Shown: piece after piece, positions 20,712 to 31,472 of the stretch
Position numbering within the stretch: the first letter of the stretch is position 1
Layout of the letters: every line of letters begins with the position of its first letter
Origin: Candidatus Poribacteria bacterium
GTDB lineage: Bacteria > Poribacteria > WGA-4E > WGA-3G
Direction: 5' to 3'
Length of the DNA: 64,000 nucleotides
Assembly: GCA_965214095.1 (NCBI GenBank)
Contig: OZ243938.1
Coordinates: 1,376,001 to 1,440,000, forward strand
The notes under the pieces: generated by a model
Told to the model about the DNA's origin: nothing
What the model saw: only the letters and a program-made list of their open reading frames with translations
Databases searched by the model: none
Made by a program: the position numbers and the translations under genes

Positions 20712-22100
20712 TCACTTACGTTTCAGTTCTCCCCATTGCACTAAACGCTTACCGACTGGAGCAACACTGAGAAAACCACTAACATTGGATTGCGGACCCA
20801 TTCCTGTAGCGGGACTCTGTTCCATTAGTCTATAATCACCTCTTTCTGCATCAACAAAGAGCGGGTCAGCATCAATATTATCTACATATATTAGTTTTTG
20901 TCCATCAGCTTCTCTATTTAGTCCATTCAATCCACCACCGATATTACTTGACTTGATATATACCTGATTTCCGCCAGCCAAAATCTCATCATACTTACCT
21001 TCAGATTTATTTCCCCATACGATTGAATTTGTTAGGGTTAATCTACGCGAAAATGTTGGAAGACCATTGAAAAAGAGGCCTCCACCAAATTGGACAGAAG
21101 TATTCTGTGTGATTGTTGTATGAGAAATAGTTACGCTACCCATCCAAGATTCAATATCCAATCCACCACCCCATTTTGATGCTTCGTTTTCGGCAATGAT
21201 ACACTCGGATATGTTTAACGTACAAGTTCTACTACATGAAACCCCTGCTCCAGATTCTGCTGTGTTTTGTCTAATGGTAGTCTCTATGATATCCAAATTA
21301 GTATTATTAGCGACTTCAACACCACCGCCACTATTCCGCTCAATTAGTGATTTTGAGATGAGATTAGTACTTATAAACCAACTCCCTTGACAGACTATGC
21401 CACGAAGACTGTTATTAGATACAGTACATTCTCTGATTTCAACACTCAGACGACCTTCACTATAAATGCCACTACCTGTGTTACCTCTAACTATAGAATC
21501 TAATATTACCGGACTAGATCTATCGATTGCATCCCATATACCTTCAAAATGAACACCACCACTGAAATTTGAACCGACAATGTTATCAGATATAATGCAA
21601 TCTTCAATTAGCACATCAGAATCTTTACAATAAATTCCTCCACCTTTACCACTATAGTCTGCAGGAGTTCCAGCACGGTTTTGTGTAATAATACAGTTAT
21701 TTATTGTTGGTGAGGCATTATCAATGAAAATACCAGCACCAAATTGATGTCTGCCTTTCATGACAGTGAAACCATCAAGGACGGATGCTTGAGTTTCATT
21801 GTTGTTAATAGTGATGCCTCTTGTATTTTCCCTACTTTCAGAGTCTATGATTGTTACCATTGGTCCGTTCTTAGATTTTACAGTTATCGCTTTTCCATTG
21901 AAATTTATATTGACATTTCCATCGCCTCTGTAGAAACCATCACCGACTAATACTGTGTCACCATCTTTTGATGCATCAATCCCAGATTGTATTGTCGGTT
22001 GATCTGCAGGAACGTTAATTATTGCAGCATTAACTTGCGAATATATAAAAATTAAACTTAGAATAACCAATAGTCCTATAAAAACTCTCTTGTTAGTCAT
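20712..22100 (-). CDS. Secreted right-handed parallel beta-helix protein (paralogue 4)
   Basis: Signal peptide, VPADQPTIQSGID, GGGIY/NxA repeats, DPLFV, tail ...GKRLVQWGELKRK. Confidence 0.85.
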   Translation of the reverse strand: MTNKRVFIGLLVILSLIFIYSQVNAAIINVPADQPTIQSGIDASKDGDTVLVGDGFYRGDGNVNINFNGKAITVKSKNGPMVTIIDSESRENTRGITINNNETQASVLDGFTVMKGRHQFGAGIFIDNASPTINNCIITQNRAGTPADYSGKGGGIYCKDSDVLIEDCIISDNIVGSNFSGGVHFEGIWDAIDRSSPVILDSIVRGNTGSGIYSEGRLSVEIRECTVSNNSLRGIVCQGSWFISTNLISKSLIERNSGGGVEVANNTNLDIIETTIRQNTAESGAGVSCSRTCTLNISECIIAENEASKWGGGLDIESWMGSVTISHTTITQNTSVQFGGGLFFNGLPTFSRRLTLTNSIVWGNKSEGKYDEILAGGNQVYIKSSNIGGGLNGLNREADGQKLIYVDNIDADPLFVDAERGDYRLMEQSPATGMGPQSNVSGFLSVAPVGKRLVQWGELKRK

Positions 22101-22121
22101 ATTTGCCTCCATAAATATGTA

Positions 22122-23516
22122 CTATCTTCTCTTTATATCTGCCCACATCGTTAATTGTTTTCCACGAGGAACAACACTGAGTGTTCCCACACTAGAAGTT
22201 TGAGGTCCCATCCCCTCAGCAGGACTGTTACGACTCAGGCTATAATCCCCTCTATCTGGATTCACGAAAAGTGGATCTTTATCTATATTGTTCTCATAGA
22301 TAAACCACTCTCCATCCGGTTCACGTTCTATCCCTTCAAGTCCATCACGAATATCACAAGAAGTTATTGTTATCGTTCCACCTATTGCTGAAAATTCGTC
22401 GTGCGTTTCATTGGAATTGTTTCCCCATACAATAGAATTGGAAAGAGTAAAATGTGAGGCTTCAATAAATGCATGGACACCGCCACCTCGTTCATTTGCA
22501 GTATTTCGTGATATTGTACAGTTGCTAATAATTGCTTCTCCTCTCGTGGATATTACACCAATACCACCACCAGATTCTGTCGCAATATTTTCTGCAATTA
22601 TACAATTCGATACTTCAATTACAGATGTTGGACTACAAAAAATCCCACCACCGATTTCTCCAACATTTTGCCTAATTATAGAATCCATGATCTTCAACGA
22701 TGATGCCTCACTACATACAACGCCACTATCAGTGTTTTGTTCAATTATACAATTAATGATGGGATTCTGTGTACGTAGAAAAAAGTTGTAGACAATTCCG
22801 CTGCCACTATTCTGAGAAACTTTACAATCTTGAATTATCGGATCAACATCATCAAAACAAAAGACACCACCGCCACTATTGTCTGAGATGGTGCAATTAA
22901 GAAGGGTCGGCTCAGGAGTAATTTCTCTCAATACAACATCGTCTTTTATCCACGCACCATCAAAAAAGACTCCACCACCAAAGGTAGATTTAGCAGTATT
23001 ATTGGTTATAAGACATGAATCAAATACCGCATCAGAATTGAAACAGTAAATTCCACCACCACCTTGAGCATGGAAGTTCGCAGCTACAGCAGTATTCCAA
23101 GAAATGGTACAGTTCATTACCATCGGAGAAGAGTCACAGAAGATGCCTCCACCGAGGTCATGTATGCCGTTCTTAATCGTAAATCCATCCAGTATAGAAT
23201 TATGTGTTTCATCATTTTGGAAGATAAAACCGCGTGTGTTCGGTGTTGATTGACAATCAATAATAGTTGCCTCTGGACCATTCTCGGATTTAACGGTAAT
23301 CTTTTTGCCTTTGAAATCAATGTTGACATTTCCAAATCCTTTATAGATTCCATCAGCAACCAAAACCGTATCACCACTTTCAGCAAGATCAATTCCTTCT
23401 TGGATTGTCATTTTTTCTGGGGCTACATTAATTATTGCCGCAAATGACAGGTTACCTATACAAAGCAAACTAATTATGAAAGTTAGAATTACTAAGAATC
23501 TTGACTTTTTCATCAT
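22122..23516 (-). CDS. Secreted right-handed parallel beta-helix protein (paralogue 3)
   Basis: Same architecture; ATG follows GGAGG; tail ...GKQLTMWADIKRR. Confidence 0.85.
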   Translation of the reverse strand: MMKKSRFLVILTFIISLLCIGNLSFAAIINVAPEKMTIQEGIDLAESGDTVLVADGIYKGFGNVNIDFKGKKITVKSENGPEATIIDCQSTPNTRGFIFQNDETHNSILDGFTIKNGIHDLGGGIFCDSSPMVMNCTISWNTAVAANFHAQGGGGIYCFNSDAVFDSCLITNNTAKSTFGGGVFFDGAWIKDDVVLREITPEPTLLNCTISDNSGGGVFCFDDVDPIIQDCKVSQNSGSGIVYNFFLRTQNPIINCIIEQNTDSGVVCSEASSLKIMDSIIRQNVGEIGGGIFCSPTSVIEVSNCIIAENIATESGGGIGVISTRGEAIISNCTISRNTANERGGGVHAFIEASHFTLSNSIVWGNNSNETHDEFSAIGGTITITSCDIRDGLEGIEREPDGEWFIYENNIDKDPLFVNPDRGDYSLSRNSPAEGMGPQTSSVGTLSVVPRGKQLTMWADIKRR

Positions 23517-23536
23517 ATCCTCCATGTATATATTTC

Positions 23537-24922
23537 TTATTTGCGTTTCAAATCTGCCCATAATGTCAACTTCTTTCCAACAGAAGAAACACTGAGTGAT
23601 TGACCAACATGTGATTGTGGACCCATGTTTTCTGCCGGACTATGGCGTTTAAGCCTATAATCACCTCTATCAACATCTACAAAGAGTGGATCTTCATCTA
23701 TGTTATCCGCATAGATAAACCACTTTCCATCCGGTTCACGTTCTATCCCTTCAAGTCCGTCACGTATATCACAAAAACTGATACTAATTCTGCCACCAAT
23801 TCCAGAAAATTCTGGATTTGTCTCGTTTGAATTATTTCCCCATAGTATAGATTTCGTCATAGAAAAGAATGATCCTTCTATGAAGGCGTATAATCCACCA
23901 CCGTTATGATTAGCTGAGTTCCGAACAATCGTACAGTTTGTAATTACCGCATCACCGTTAGTAGATAGAACTCCAATTCCTCCTCCAGATTCTGTTGCTA
24001 TATTTTGTGCAATAATACAATCAGAAACATCAATAGAGGATGTAGAATTACAGAAAATACCACCACCGGTTTCACCAATATTGTGTTTGATGATAGATTT
24101 TGTAATCATCATACTGGAATTATCACTGCATTCTATACCGCCTTCGGTGTTAAGTGATATGAGACAATTGGTTATTTGAGAACCACGAGAGACAAATGTA
24201 TTAACTACACCACGACCCTTGTTCTTAGATATTTCAGAATTCAAAATAGTTGTTCTGACATATTCTCTGCTGTATACTCCACTACCGTTATTATCGGTTA
24301 CTGTGCAGTTGATTATACTCGGTTGAAAGTGTTGATCAAGTAAATCTCCATTCACTTCTCTATGGCCCTCTAAGTATACACCGCCGCCATAAGAATCACT
24401 CCAATTGTTAGAAACTGTACATCCTATTATTTTTACATCTGAATTTAGTGCATAAATTCCGCCTCCACGACCAGTGAAGCGATCTTTTGTTTTAGCACTA
24501 TTCCAAGTTATGACACAATCTTTAATGGTTGGTGATGCACCATGACAGTAAATTCCACCACCAAAAGCATGTTTGCCATTGCTGATGGTAAAACCCTCTA
24601 AAACACTATCGTCGGTTTCCGAATTTTGAAAGATAAAGCCTCGTGTATTTTCCTGCCATGCACAATGGATTTTCGTATTCTTGGCACCATTAAGTGATTT
24701 TACAGTAATGCGTTTCCCTTTGAAATCTATGTTAACATTTCCATCTCCTTTATAGGAACCATCTCTAACAAGAACCGTATCCCCATCTACTGCTGCATCT
24801 ATGCCTGATTGAATTGTGGGATGTTCTGTTGGAACGACAAACGTTGCAGCGATAGTTGAGATATTTCCACAAATCAGAATTAAATAGAAAATGAAATATA
24901 CACAACTTCTATAAGTGTTCAT
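23537..24922 (-). CDS. Secreted right-handed parallel beta-helix protein (paralogue 2)
   Basis: Same architecture; tail ...GKKLTLWADLKRK. Confidence 0.85.
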   Translation of the reverse strand: MNTYRSCVYFIFYLILICGNISTIAATFVVPTEHPTIQSGIDAAVDGDTVLVRDGSYKGDGNVNIDFKGKRITVKSLNGAKNTKIHCAWQENTRGFIFQNSETDDSVLEGFTISNGKHAFGGGIYCHGASPTIKDCVITWNSAKTKDRFTGRGGGIYALNSDVKIIGCTVSNNWSDSYGGGVYLEGHREVNGDLLDQHFQPSIINCTVTDNNGSGVYSREYVRTTILNSEISKNKGRGVVNTFVSRGSQITNCLISLNTEGGIECSDNSSMMITKSIIKHNIGETGGGIFCNSTSSIDVSDCIIAQNIATESGGGIGVLSTNGDAVITNCTIVRNSANHNGGGLYAFIEGSFFSMTKSILWGNNSNETNPEFSGIGGRISISFCDIRDGLEGIEREPDGKWFIYADNIDEDPLFVDVDRGDYRLKRHSPAENMGPQSHVGQSLSVSSVGKKLTLWADLKRK

Positions 24923-24949
24923 GTTATCCTCCTATCCTCATGTAACGAC

Positions 24950-26335
24950 TTATCTACGCTTCATTTCAGCCCATTGGACAAGACGTTTTCCTGCTGCGTT
25001 CACACTGAGAGATTTTTCTATAAAATCCTCTTTCTCTTCAATTTCTTCAATTACTCCCTCTTCTGGTTCTTCGCGAGGTGCGGTTGCCCCCATTTCTATG
25101 GCAGGACTGTTACGTCTAAGTCGATAATCACCAGTTTCAGCATTTACGAAGAGAGGGTCTTCATCAATGTTATCTTGATAGAAAATAAACTCTGCCCAAT
25201 TTTCTCCAAACCCTTCAAGTCCGTGTCGTATATCACATGATCTTATACTAACGGTTGGACCCGATCCAAACACTTCTGGGTGAGTGCCTTTTGAATTATT
25301 CCCCCAAATAATAGAATTAGTGCATTTAAAGGATGAACCCCTGAGTTCAACATTCACGCCTCCACCTCTAACATTCGCAGTGTTTCTTGTAATTGTACAG
25401 TAAGCTATAGACGCAAATCCAAAAGAAGAATAAATATCAATACCACCACCTGATTCTGTTGCTATATTTTCTGCTATTACACAACCAATAACTTTAAGCC
25501 TTGATGTAGGACTACAAGAGATGCCACCACCATTTTCAGCTGTATTCTGTTTGATAACCGAATCAGTGATATTTAAACCTGAATATTCAGTGCCTCTTAT
25601 TCCACCACCAGTATTCTGCGAAATCTCACAATATCTTATATGGACAGTGGAGAAGAAATCACTGGCAATACCACAATTTTTGTTTTTAGATATTTTGCAG
25701 CCAATGATTTCAACAGAAGCACCATCAAAAGTAGATATACCACAGTCATTTTCAGATACAATACAATTGATTAGACTCGGTCTATTGAATTGTCCATCTT
25801 CAAAATCCTTGTCAGGATGATCCCAAAAAAAAACGCCAGAACCAGAATAGTTGTTGGATATTTTAGAGTCTATTATTTTCGGATTAGAGGCAAAGCAGTA
25901 GATTCCAGTATTATTTGATAGAATATAGCAGTTCTTAATTGTTGGCGCAGAATTGCTGCAATATATTCCACCACGTTCCTCATGATTTGCATTCATGATT
26001 GTAAATCCTTCTAACACAACATCATTTGTCTCCTCATTTTGAAAGATAAATCCGCGTGTATCGGGAATTAATTGACAGTCGATAATTGTCTCCTTAGGAC
26101 CATTCTCAGATTTAACAGTAATCTGTTTTCCCAGAAAGTCAATATTTACATTACCAATACCTATGTATTTTCCATCAGCGACTAAGACCGTATCACCATC
26201 TTCCGCTAAATCAATACCTGCTTGAATTGAAGGTTGGTCTGCGGGAACTTCAATTACCGCAGCGTATGAAAAAGTATTAGCAAAAACCAAACATAAACAA
26301 ATCAACATATATGCATAGAACCGATTAGTTTTCAT
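24950..26335 (-). CDS. Secreted right-handed parallel beta-helix protein (paralogue 1)
   Basis: Same architecture; acidic linker, then tail ...GKRLVQWAEMKRR. Confidence 0.85.
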   Translation of the reverse strand: MKTNRFYAYMLICLCLVFANTFSYAAVIEVPADQPSIQAGIDLAEDGDTVLVADGKYIGIGNVNIDFLGKQITVKSENGPKETIIDCQLIPDTRGFIFQNEETNDVVLEGFTIMNANHEERGGIYCSNSAPTIKNCYILSNNTGIYCFASNPKIIDSKISNNYSGSGVFFWDHPDKDFEDGQFNRPSLINCIVSENDCGISTFDGASVEIIGCKISKNKNCGIASDFFSTVHIRYCEISQNTGGGIRGTEYSGLNITDSVIKQNTAENGGGISCSPTSRLKVIGCVIAENIATESGGGIDIYSSFGFASIAYCTITRNTANVRGGGVNVELRGSSFKCTNSIIWGNNSKGTHPEVFGSGPTVSIRSCDIRHGLEGFGENWAEFIFYQDNIDEDPLFVNAETGDYRLRRNSPAIEMGATAPREEPEEGVIEEIEEKEDFIEKSLSVNAAGKRLVQWAEMKRR

Positions 26336-26361
26336 GATATGCTCCTAATATATAGTAGTAT

Positions 26362-27466
26362 CTATTTTGCATCTGGTTTAAGTTTGAGATAACTCTCAAT
26401 AAACGCATCAATTTCACCATTTAGGACTGCGTCAACATTTCCAGTTTCAACATTTGTCCTGGAGTCTTTCACACGTTGATAAGGGTGAAGCACATAAGAT
26501 CGGATTTGACTACCAAAGTCAATATTTCGTCTTTCGGGTTGTAGTTTAGCGAGTTCCGCGTCTCGCTGTGCACGAAAATGGTCATACAAACGAGATCGTA
26601 ACACTTTCATAGCAATATCACGGTTTTTATGCTGTGAACGCTCGTTCTGACACTGAACCATTATATTTGTCGGTATATGTGTAATACGAACAGCAGAGTC
26701 CGTAACATTGACATGCTGTCCACCAGCACCGCTTGCTCGGTAGGTATCTATACGAAGGTCTTCAGCATTTATCTCTACATCAATACTATCATCAATCTCA
26801 GGTGTAACATGCACTGCAGCAAATGAGGTATGACGCCGATTGTTAAAATCAAAAGGAGATAACCGTACAAGACGATGGACACCAGATTCTGCCTTCAAGT
26901 AACCATATACATAAGTGCCTTTAACCAGAATGGTCGCGCCCTTTATCCCTGCCTCATCTCCTGCAGTTAGATCCACGATTTCTGTGGTAAAACTACGCTG
27001 ATCACACCAACGTAGATACATCCGCATGAGCATCCCTGCCCAATCCTGTGCATCAACGCCTCCTGCACCAGGATGTATGTTGAGAATGGCATTGTTTTCA
27101 TCAAACTCACCATCCAACATTAATCGGAGTTCAATTTTATCAAACTGTGTAGCAACAACTGAAAGACCAGTCTGTATTTCCGATTCCAGACTTGAATCAT
27201 CTTCTTCAATAGCAAGTTCAAGAAGAACTTTCAGATCATCAACAGTATTCTGTAATTTCTCAAATTCGCTGATTTCATCTTTGAGTTTGGCAATTCCTTG
27301 ATTGACAGTCTGAACCCTTTGAGAGTTATTCCAAAAATCGCTTGCCATCGCCTCTTTTTCAAGGTCTTCTAACTCTTTCTGTTTGGTAGGTAAGTCAAAG
27401 ATACCCCCTAAGTTCATTCAGTCTGTTTAATACGGCATCTACATCTGCAACTAAATCTGTTAACAT
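26362..27466 (-). CDS. prfB: Peptide chain release factor 2 with programmed +1 frameshift
   Basis: SPF and GGQ motifs; ATG 27466 gives 23 codons ending at AGGGGGTATCTTTGAC (minus strand 27409-27394). Confidence 0.96.
27394..27409 (-). promoter_or_regulatory. RF2 autoregulatory frameshift site (internal SD + CTT TGA C)
   Basis: Canonical AGGGGG-TAT-CTT-TGA-C. Confidence 0.95.
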
Positions 27467-27484
27467 AAGTGTCCTTTTATTTTT

Positions 27485-29056
27485 TTATGTTGAATGTGTC
27501 GTTTGAAATCTTTTTATAACAAGATATATTATGAATGATAGACTAATTAGTGCGCAAATTATCGGCAACCAATCACCATATCGTGTGTAAAGTGTAGTTT
27601 TCCCATCTGAGAGTGCTACATCAGCGATCAGAAATTCATCAGAAGTCTTTGGTGTTACGAAACGAGTATAGATCCGTCCATATTTATCAATGGCACATGT
27701 AAACCCACCATTAGCGCACCGAAAAACAGATATGCGGTTTTCTACAGCACGTAAGGGTGCCATTGCTAAATGAAGTTCAGGGAGGGCAGTACCTGAGAAC
27801 CAAGCATCGTTTGTAAGGATTCCCATCACATCTGCCCCTTTTTTGGCAAACTTCCGAAAATGATTAGGAAAAGAGGACTCAAAACATATAGATGTACCTA
27901 CCAATAAATTCTGTTTTTCAGTTGACACATCATCAACATATTTGATCGGTAAAAGATTATGTGTTTTCCCATGTTCAAATGGAGAAAATTGAATAAAATT
28001 TGGCAGAAAATCAACTAACGGCACATACTCACCAAACGGAACAAGCTGCATTTTAGCGTATTTCCCTTGTATCTCTCCGTCCGATGATACTGAGATAACT
28101 CTGTTGTAAAGATTACCTAATGCATCGGGATCCGTAGACCCAATAAGCATTGGAATGTCGCCAATTCTATTCAACATCTGTTTGAAATGGCTATTATAAT
28201 TTGTCCATTCTCCAGATAGCACTTGTCCTCTCACTGTAGTTTCCGGCCATACAATTACATCAGGTTGTTCTTTCGCTACTTCTTCTGTCATATTAAGATA
28301 TTTCATGAATATTGACGGAAACTTCTTTGGATTCCATTTGTCAAGTTGAGGAATATTTCCTGGGACCAGTGCAATCTCTATACTCTCCGTTTCAATGTTA
28401 TCACTTTTTCCTATGGCAGTATATCCATAAATAAGTGTAATTGCTGCAAGTAAACAAGGTGCGATAATTGCAACCAATTCCTTCTGCCATTCATGCCTAT
28501 GACATATTAGTGTAGCAATACCTGCATTAAATAAAACGATTACAAAACTAACACCATAAACACCAGCAATAGATGCAATCTGTATACCAGCATGATAATT
28601 CCACTGTGAATATCCAATATTACCCCACGGAAAACCTGTTAACAACCATCCGCGCACCCACTCTAAACTGATCCAGATAATAGAGACACCGAATGGAAAT
28701 AAAACTCCTGATTGCCAAGGTAGATGATAAACTAACACCGAAAAAACTGCAAAGTAGAGGGCAGTATACCCAACAAGTAGAAAATATCCTAATAAAGTTG
28801 TGGCAATATTGGCATAGGGATATAAGAGGGCGATTGCTATGAGCAAACCTGCGAAAAATAGAAATCCTGCTACATATCCAATACGGAATGCCATCTTCCA
28901 GTTTTCAACACCATCAAGTGCTACCAATAACGGCACTAATCCTAACCATGCAAAAGGAAATAAATTTACACTTGGAAAACTACAGAATAGTAGGATCCCC
29001 GATCCCGCTGCAAACAAATGCTTGTATCGTTTTACAAAACTCAAAATGGTTTCCAC
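27485..29056 (-). CDS. lnt: Apolipoprotein N-acyltransferase
   Basis: GFPWGNIGYSQ, VWPET, KMQLVPFGEYVP, ICFES, TNDAWF. Confidence 0.93.
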   Translation of the reverse strand: METILSFVKRYKHLFAAGSGILLFCSFPSVNLFPFAWLGLVPLLVALDGVENWKMAFRIGYVAGFLFFAGLLIAIALLYPYANIATTLLGYFLLVGYTALYFAVFSVLVYHLPWQSGVLFPFGVSIIWISLEWVRGWLLTGFPWGNIGYSQWNYHAGIQIASIAGVYGVSFVIVLFNAGIATLICHRHEWQKELVAIIAPCLLAAITLIYGYTAIGKSDNIETESIEIALVPGNIPQLDKWNPKKFPSIFMKYLNMTEEVAKEQPDVIVWPETTVRGQVLSGEWTNYNSHFKQMLNRIGDIPMLIGSTDPDALGNLYNRVISVSSDGEIQGKYAKMQLVPFGEYVPLVDFLPNFIQFSPFEHGKTHNLLPIKYVDDVSTEKQNLLVGTSICFESSFPNHFRKFAKKGADVMGILTNDAWFSGTALPELHLAMAPLRAVENRISVFRCANGGFTCAIDKYGRIYTRFVTPKTSDEFLIADVALSDGKTTLYTRYGDWLPIICALISLSFIIYLVIKRFQTTHST

Positions 29057-29178
29057 TGAATGAAATTTAGTTTTGGAGTATCATACCATATCTACATGCC
29101 TATGTCAATTGGTTTGTATGTTGATTGGTGTGTAAAGTCTAAACAATTTCTCACCATTATCTTCCAAATGTCTGGTTC

Positions 29179-29238
29179 GTAGTCGCGCAATTGCGCAATT
29201 GATTGCGCCTCTTACATTCCTTGCTTAGAATTGGTATA
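29179..29238. repeat. REP/MITE-like intergenic palindromic element, copy A
   Basis: GTAGTCGCGCAATT..ATTGCGCCTcTTACATTC shared with 55793-55830. Confidence 0.65.
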
Positions 29239-29378
29239 ATCATTAGTTGAATGCAATCATAAAAATATTTACTATTCTTGAGTCATCTCAAACCCACAGA
29301 TAGTAGACCAACTTCATGAGTCGGCAATTATAATTTGTCCAATGAGAAGTTTGATGGTATAATCTATAACGTACAAAA

Positions 29379-29405
29379 TGTAAACCTATTGCTCTGTTTT
29401 ACGTT
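29379..29405 (+). promoter_or_regulatory. Putative ECF-sigma promoter upstream of porV
   Basis: TGTAAAC-N16-CGTT, same as at 1514. Confidence 0.4.
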
Positions 29406-29481
29406 AGAAAAAGTAATCATCTGATTAATCATTTCAGTATCAATTAGACTATTTAGGAGGAACTATTTTGTAGAATTACAA

Positions 29482-30630
29482 GTGTTTTTCTACGAATTAA
29501 ATCGTACTTTTATGTTAAGATATTTCACACTGCTCGTATGGATTATATTCTTTATTCCAAGCACACTTCTTGCAGGTCCAGGACGAACCGGTGCTCAAAT
29601 ACTCAACTTAGGTGGTGGGGCTCGCGCAAGAGCATTAGGTGACGCTTTTTCAGCAATGTCAGGAGATGTTACCACCTCCCTGTGGAATCCAAGCGGGTTG
29701 GCGATGATGCCTGAAAGTAAACTACGCAACGGGAAAACTGCAACGCAGGCTTCTTTGTTTTACACCGATTACAGTGCCCCATTTGGAGAAGCGGGTGAAG
29801 GATTATACTATACTTTCGTATCAGGTGCAATGCCACTCGGTGAATTTGGAACTGTGGGTGCTACACTACAATTGCAGGGGCAAGGCACTATTGCTGTAAC
29901 ATCTGATTCACCTGATGTCCTACGAGAGGAAAATCTCGGTACAAATATGGCACTGACACTATCCTACGCAGACATAATTACCGAAAACTTGTATGCAGGA
30001 ATTAATGGAAAAATGATACGCATGGTACTCGGAAGAGAAAATGGTAGTTCCTACGCACTCGATTTTGGTTTTCAATACCACCTTCCAATAGATTTCATCC
30101 CTACAACACTTGGATTCGCTATTCAGAACATAGGGCCCGGAATCTCATTTATTGATGAAAACCAAGCCGACCCATTACCAAGAATGTTTAGAGTTGGAAC
30201 ATCCATGAGTTTATACCATGATAGGTTCAACCATCTCCGTATCGTCAGTGGACTTACTGCCTATGTTGATAAGTTAGTAGAAGATGAAGTGGAATTAGAA
30301 GCAGACTTGGAACGACTCAATGCTGAACGTGCAGAGGACGATCAACTTACAAAAGGGCAGCTGCTTTCCGATAGAGGCGTTGGGATCCGAGCATTTGAGT
30401 GGCGGCACCTACAAAAGAACCTTGGTTTAGAGTATTGGCTTGGAAACCTATTAGCATTGAGGGTGGGATACAAAAATGAACCAGGGATTAATCTCCCAAA
30501 CCTCATTGATCACATTACATACGGCATAGGTGTAAAAGTTTATCTGTTTAATCTTGACTTGACCTATGGGCCTCGGTTTGGACCCAACCAACAAAGATTG
30601 ATTGAAGCAACAGGGGTCGTAGTATTTTAA
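29482..30630 (+). CDS. PorV/PorQ-family outer membrane beta-barrel (T9SS shuttle-like)
   Basis: GAQILNLGGGARARALGDAF..WNPSGLA, NIGPGISF..ADPLP, C-terminal Phe; start may be ATG 29512. Confidence 0.8.
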   Translation: MFFYELNRTFMLRYFTLLVWIIFFIPSTLLAGPGRTGAQILNLGGGARARALGDAFSAMSGDVTTSLWNPSGLAMMPESKLRNGKTATQASLFYTDYSAPFGEAGEGLYYTFVSGAMPLGEFGTVGATLQLQGQGTIAVTSDSPDVLREENLGTNMALTLSYADIITENLYAGINGKMIRMVLGRENGSSYALDFGFQYHLPIDFIPTTLGFAIQNIGPGISFIDENQADPLPRMFRVGTSMSLYHDRFNHLRIVSGLTAYVDKLVEDEVELEADLERLNAERAEDDQLTKGQLLSDRGVGIRAFEWRHLQKNLGLEYWLGNLLALRVGYKNEPGINLPNLIDHITYGIGVKVYLFNLDLTYGPRFGPNQQRLIEATGVVVF

Positions 30631-30656
30631 TTCTATTTATAGGAATATATCAATAA

Positions 30657-31460
30657 GTGAAAGCATACTATACACAAACAATAATTTTATTGTGCATCAT
30701 ATTTTGTCTCACATCTACAATTTGTTTTGCAAACCAATCATATTCCAATTTATTCAGTAACTTCTATTTGAATTCCAACCTTGGAATCCGCGTCTTAACA
30801 GAGCATTCATCAATTGCTATGGCAGCAGAACAGAATATCACTCCTACAAAATCTCCCAATGAAGCATTTCTCTATTCACTCGCAATTCCAGGAATGGGGC
30901 AAATCTACACAGGCGCAAAACATGGCTATATCTATACTGCAGCTGAGGTAGTTCTCCTAACAACCTATTTCTTGCTCCGAAATAATGCAGTGAACACACG
31001 TGATGACTATCGCGATATAGTTCGTCAAAATGTAACATTCATTGGACCAGGATCTTTTGAAAAATGGGACCTCATCGAAGATTTTGAACATGCTACCCAG
31101 TATGAAAACTGGAATCATGTCTACGATTCTGAGCAAACACGGAATCGGACAGGAAAATGGTACTGGAAAGACCTTGACCCAACTTTGAAAGACGAGAAAG
31201 ATTCCACTATTGAGTTTGATTCAAAACATCGTTTAGAAGCCTATGACTTACGTCAAAAAGCAAATGACACATTTCAAACTGCACGCACAATCATTGGTCT
31301 GGTTATCTTAAACCATGTCGTCAGTGCTGTTGAAGCACGGATTACAACCAAACGCCGGAATAAAAAACAGATGGAGTCTGATGGGTTCCAGATTGATGTG
31401 CATACTGATGTATCAAATGGAAGTCTAACGGGTGCGCTTGTCTTTAAGAGAAAGTTCTAA
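30657..31460 (+). CDS. Hypothetical exported/membrane protein (KSP..A.L.SL.IPG.GQ.Y motif)
   Basis: Signal peptide, DUF5683-like motif, C-terminal Phe. Confidence 0.6.
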   Translation: MKAYYTQTIILLCIIFCLTSTICFANQSYSNLFSNFYLNSNLGIRVLTEHSSIAMAAEQNITPTKSPNEAFLYSLAIPGMGQIYTGAKHGYIYTAAEVVLLTTYFLLRNNAVNTRDDYRDIVRQNVTFIGPGSFEKWDLIEDFEHATQYENWNHVYDSEQTRNRTGKWYWKDLDPTLKDEKDSTIEFDSKHRLEAYDLRQKANDTFQTARTIIGLVILNHVVSAVEARITTKRRNKKQMESDGFQIDVHTDVSNGSLTGALVFKRKF

Positions 31461-31472
31461 ATGGAGAAATCT

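Noticed and set aside
20712-26335. Diversity-generating retroelement (TR/VR pair)
   Set aside because: No reverse transcriptase in the window; both copies of the matching patch are coding, and three mismatches are too few to show adenine-specific mutagenesis
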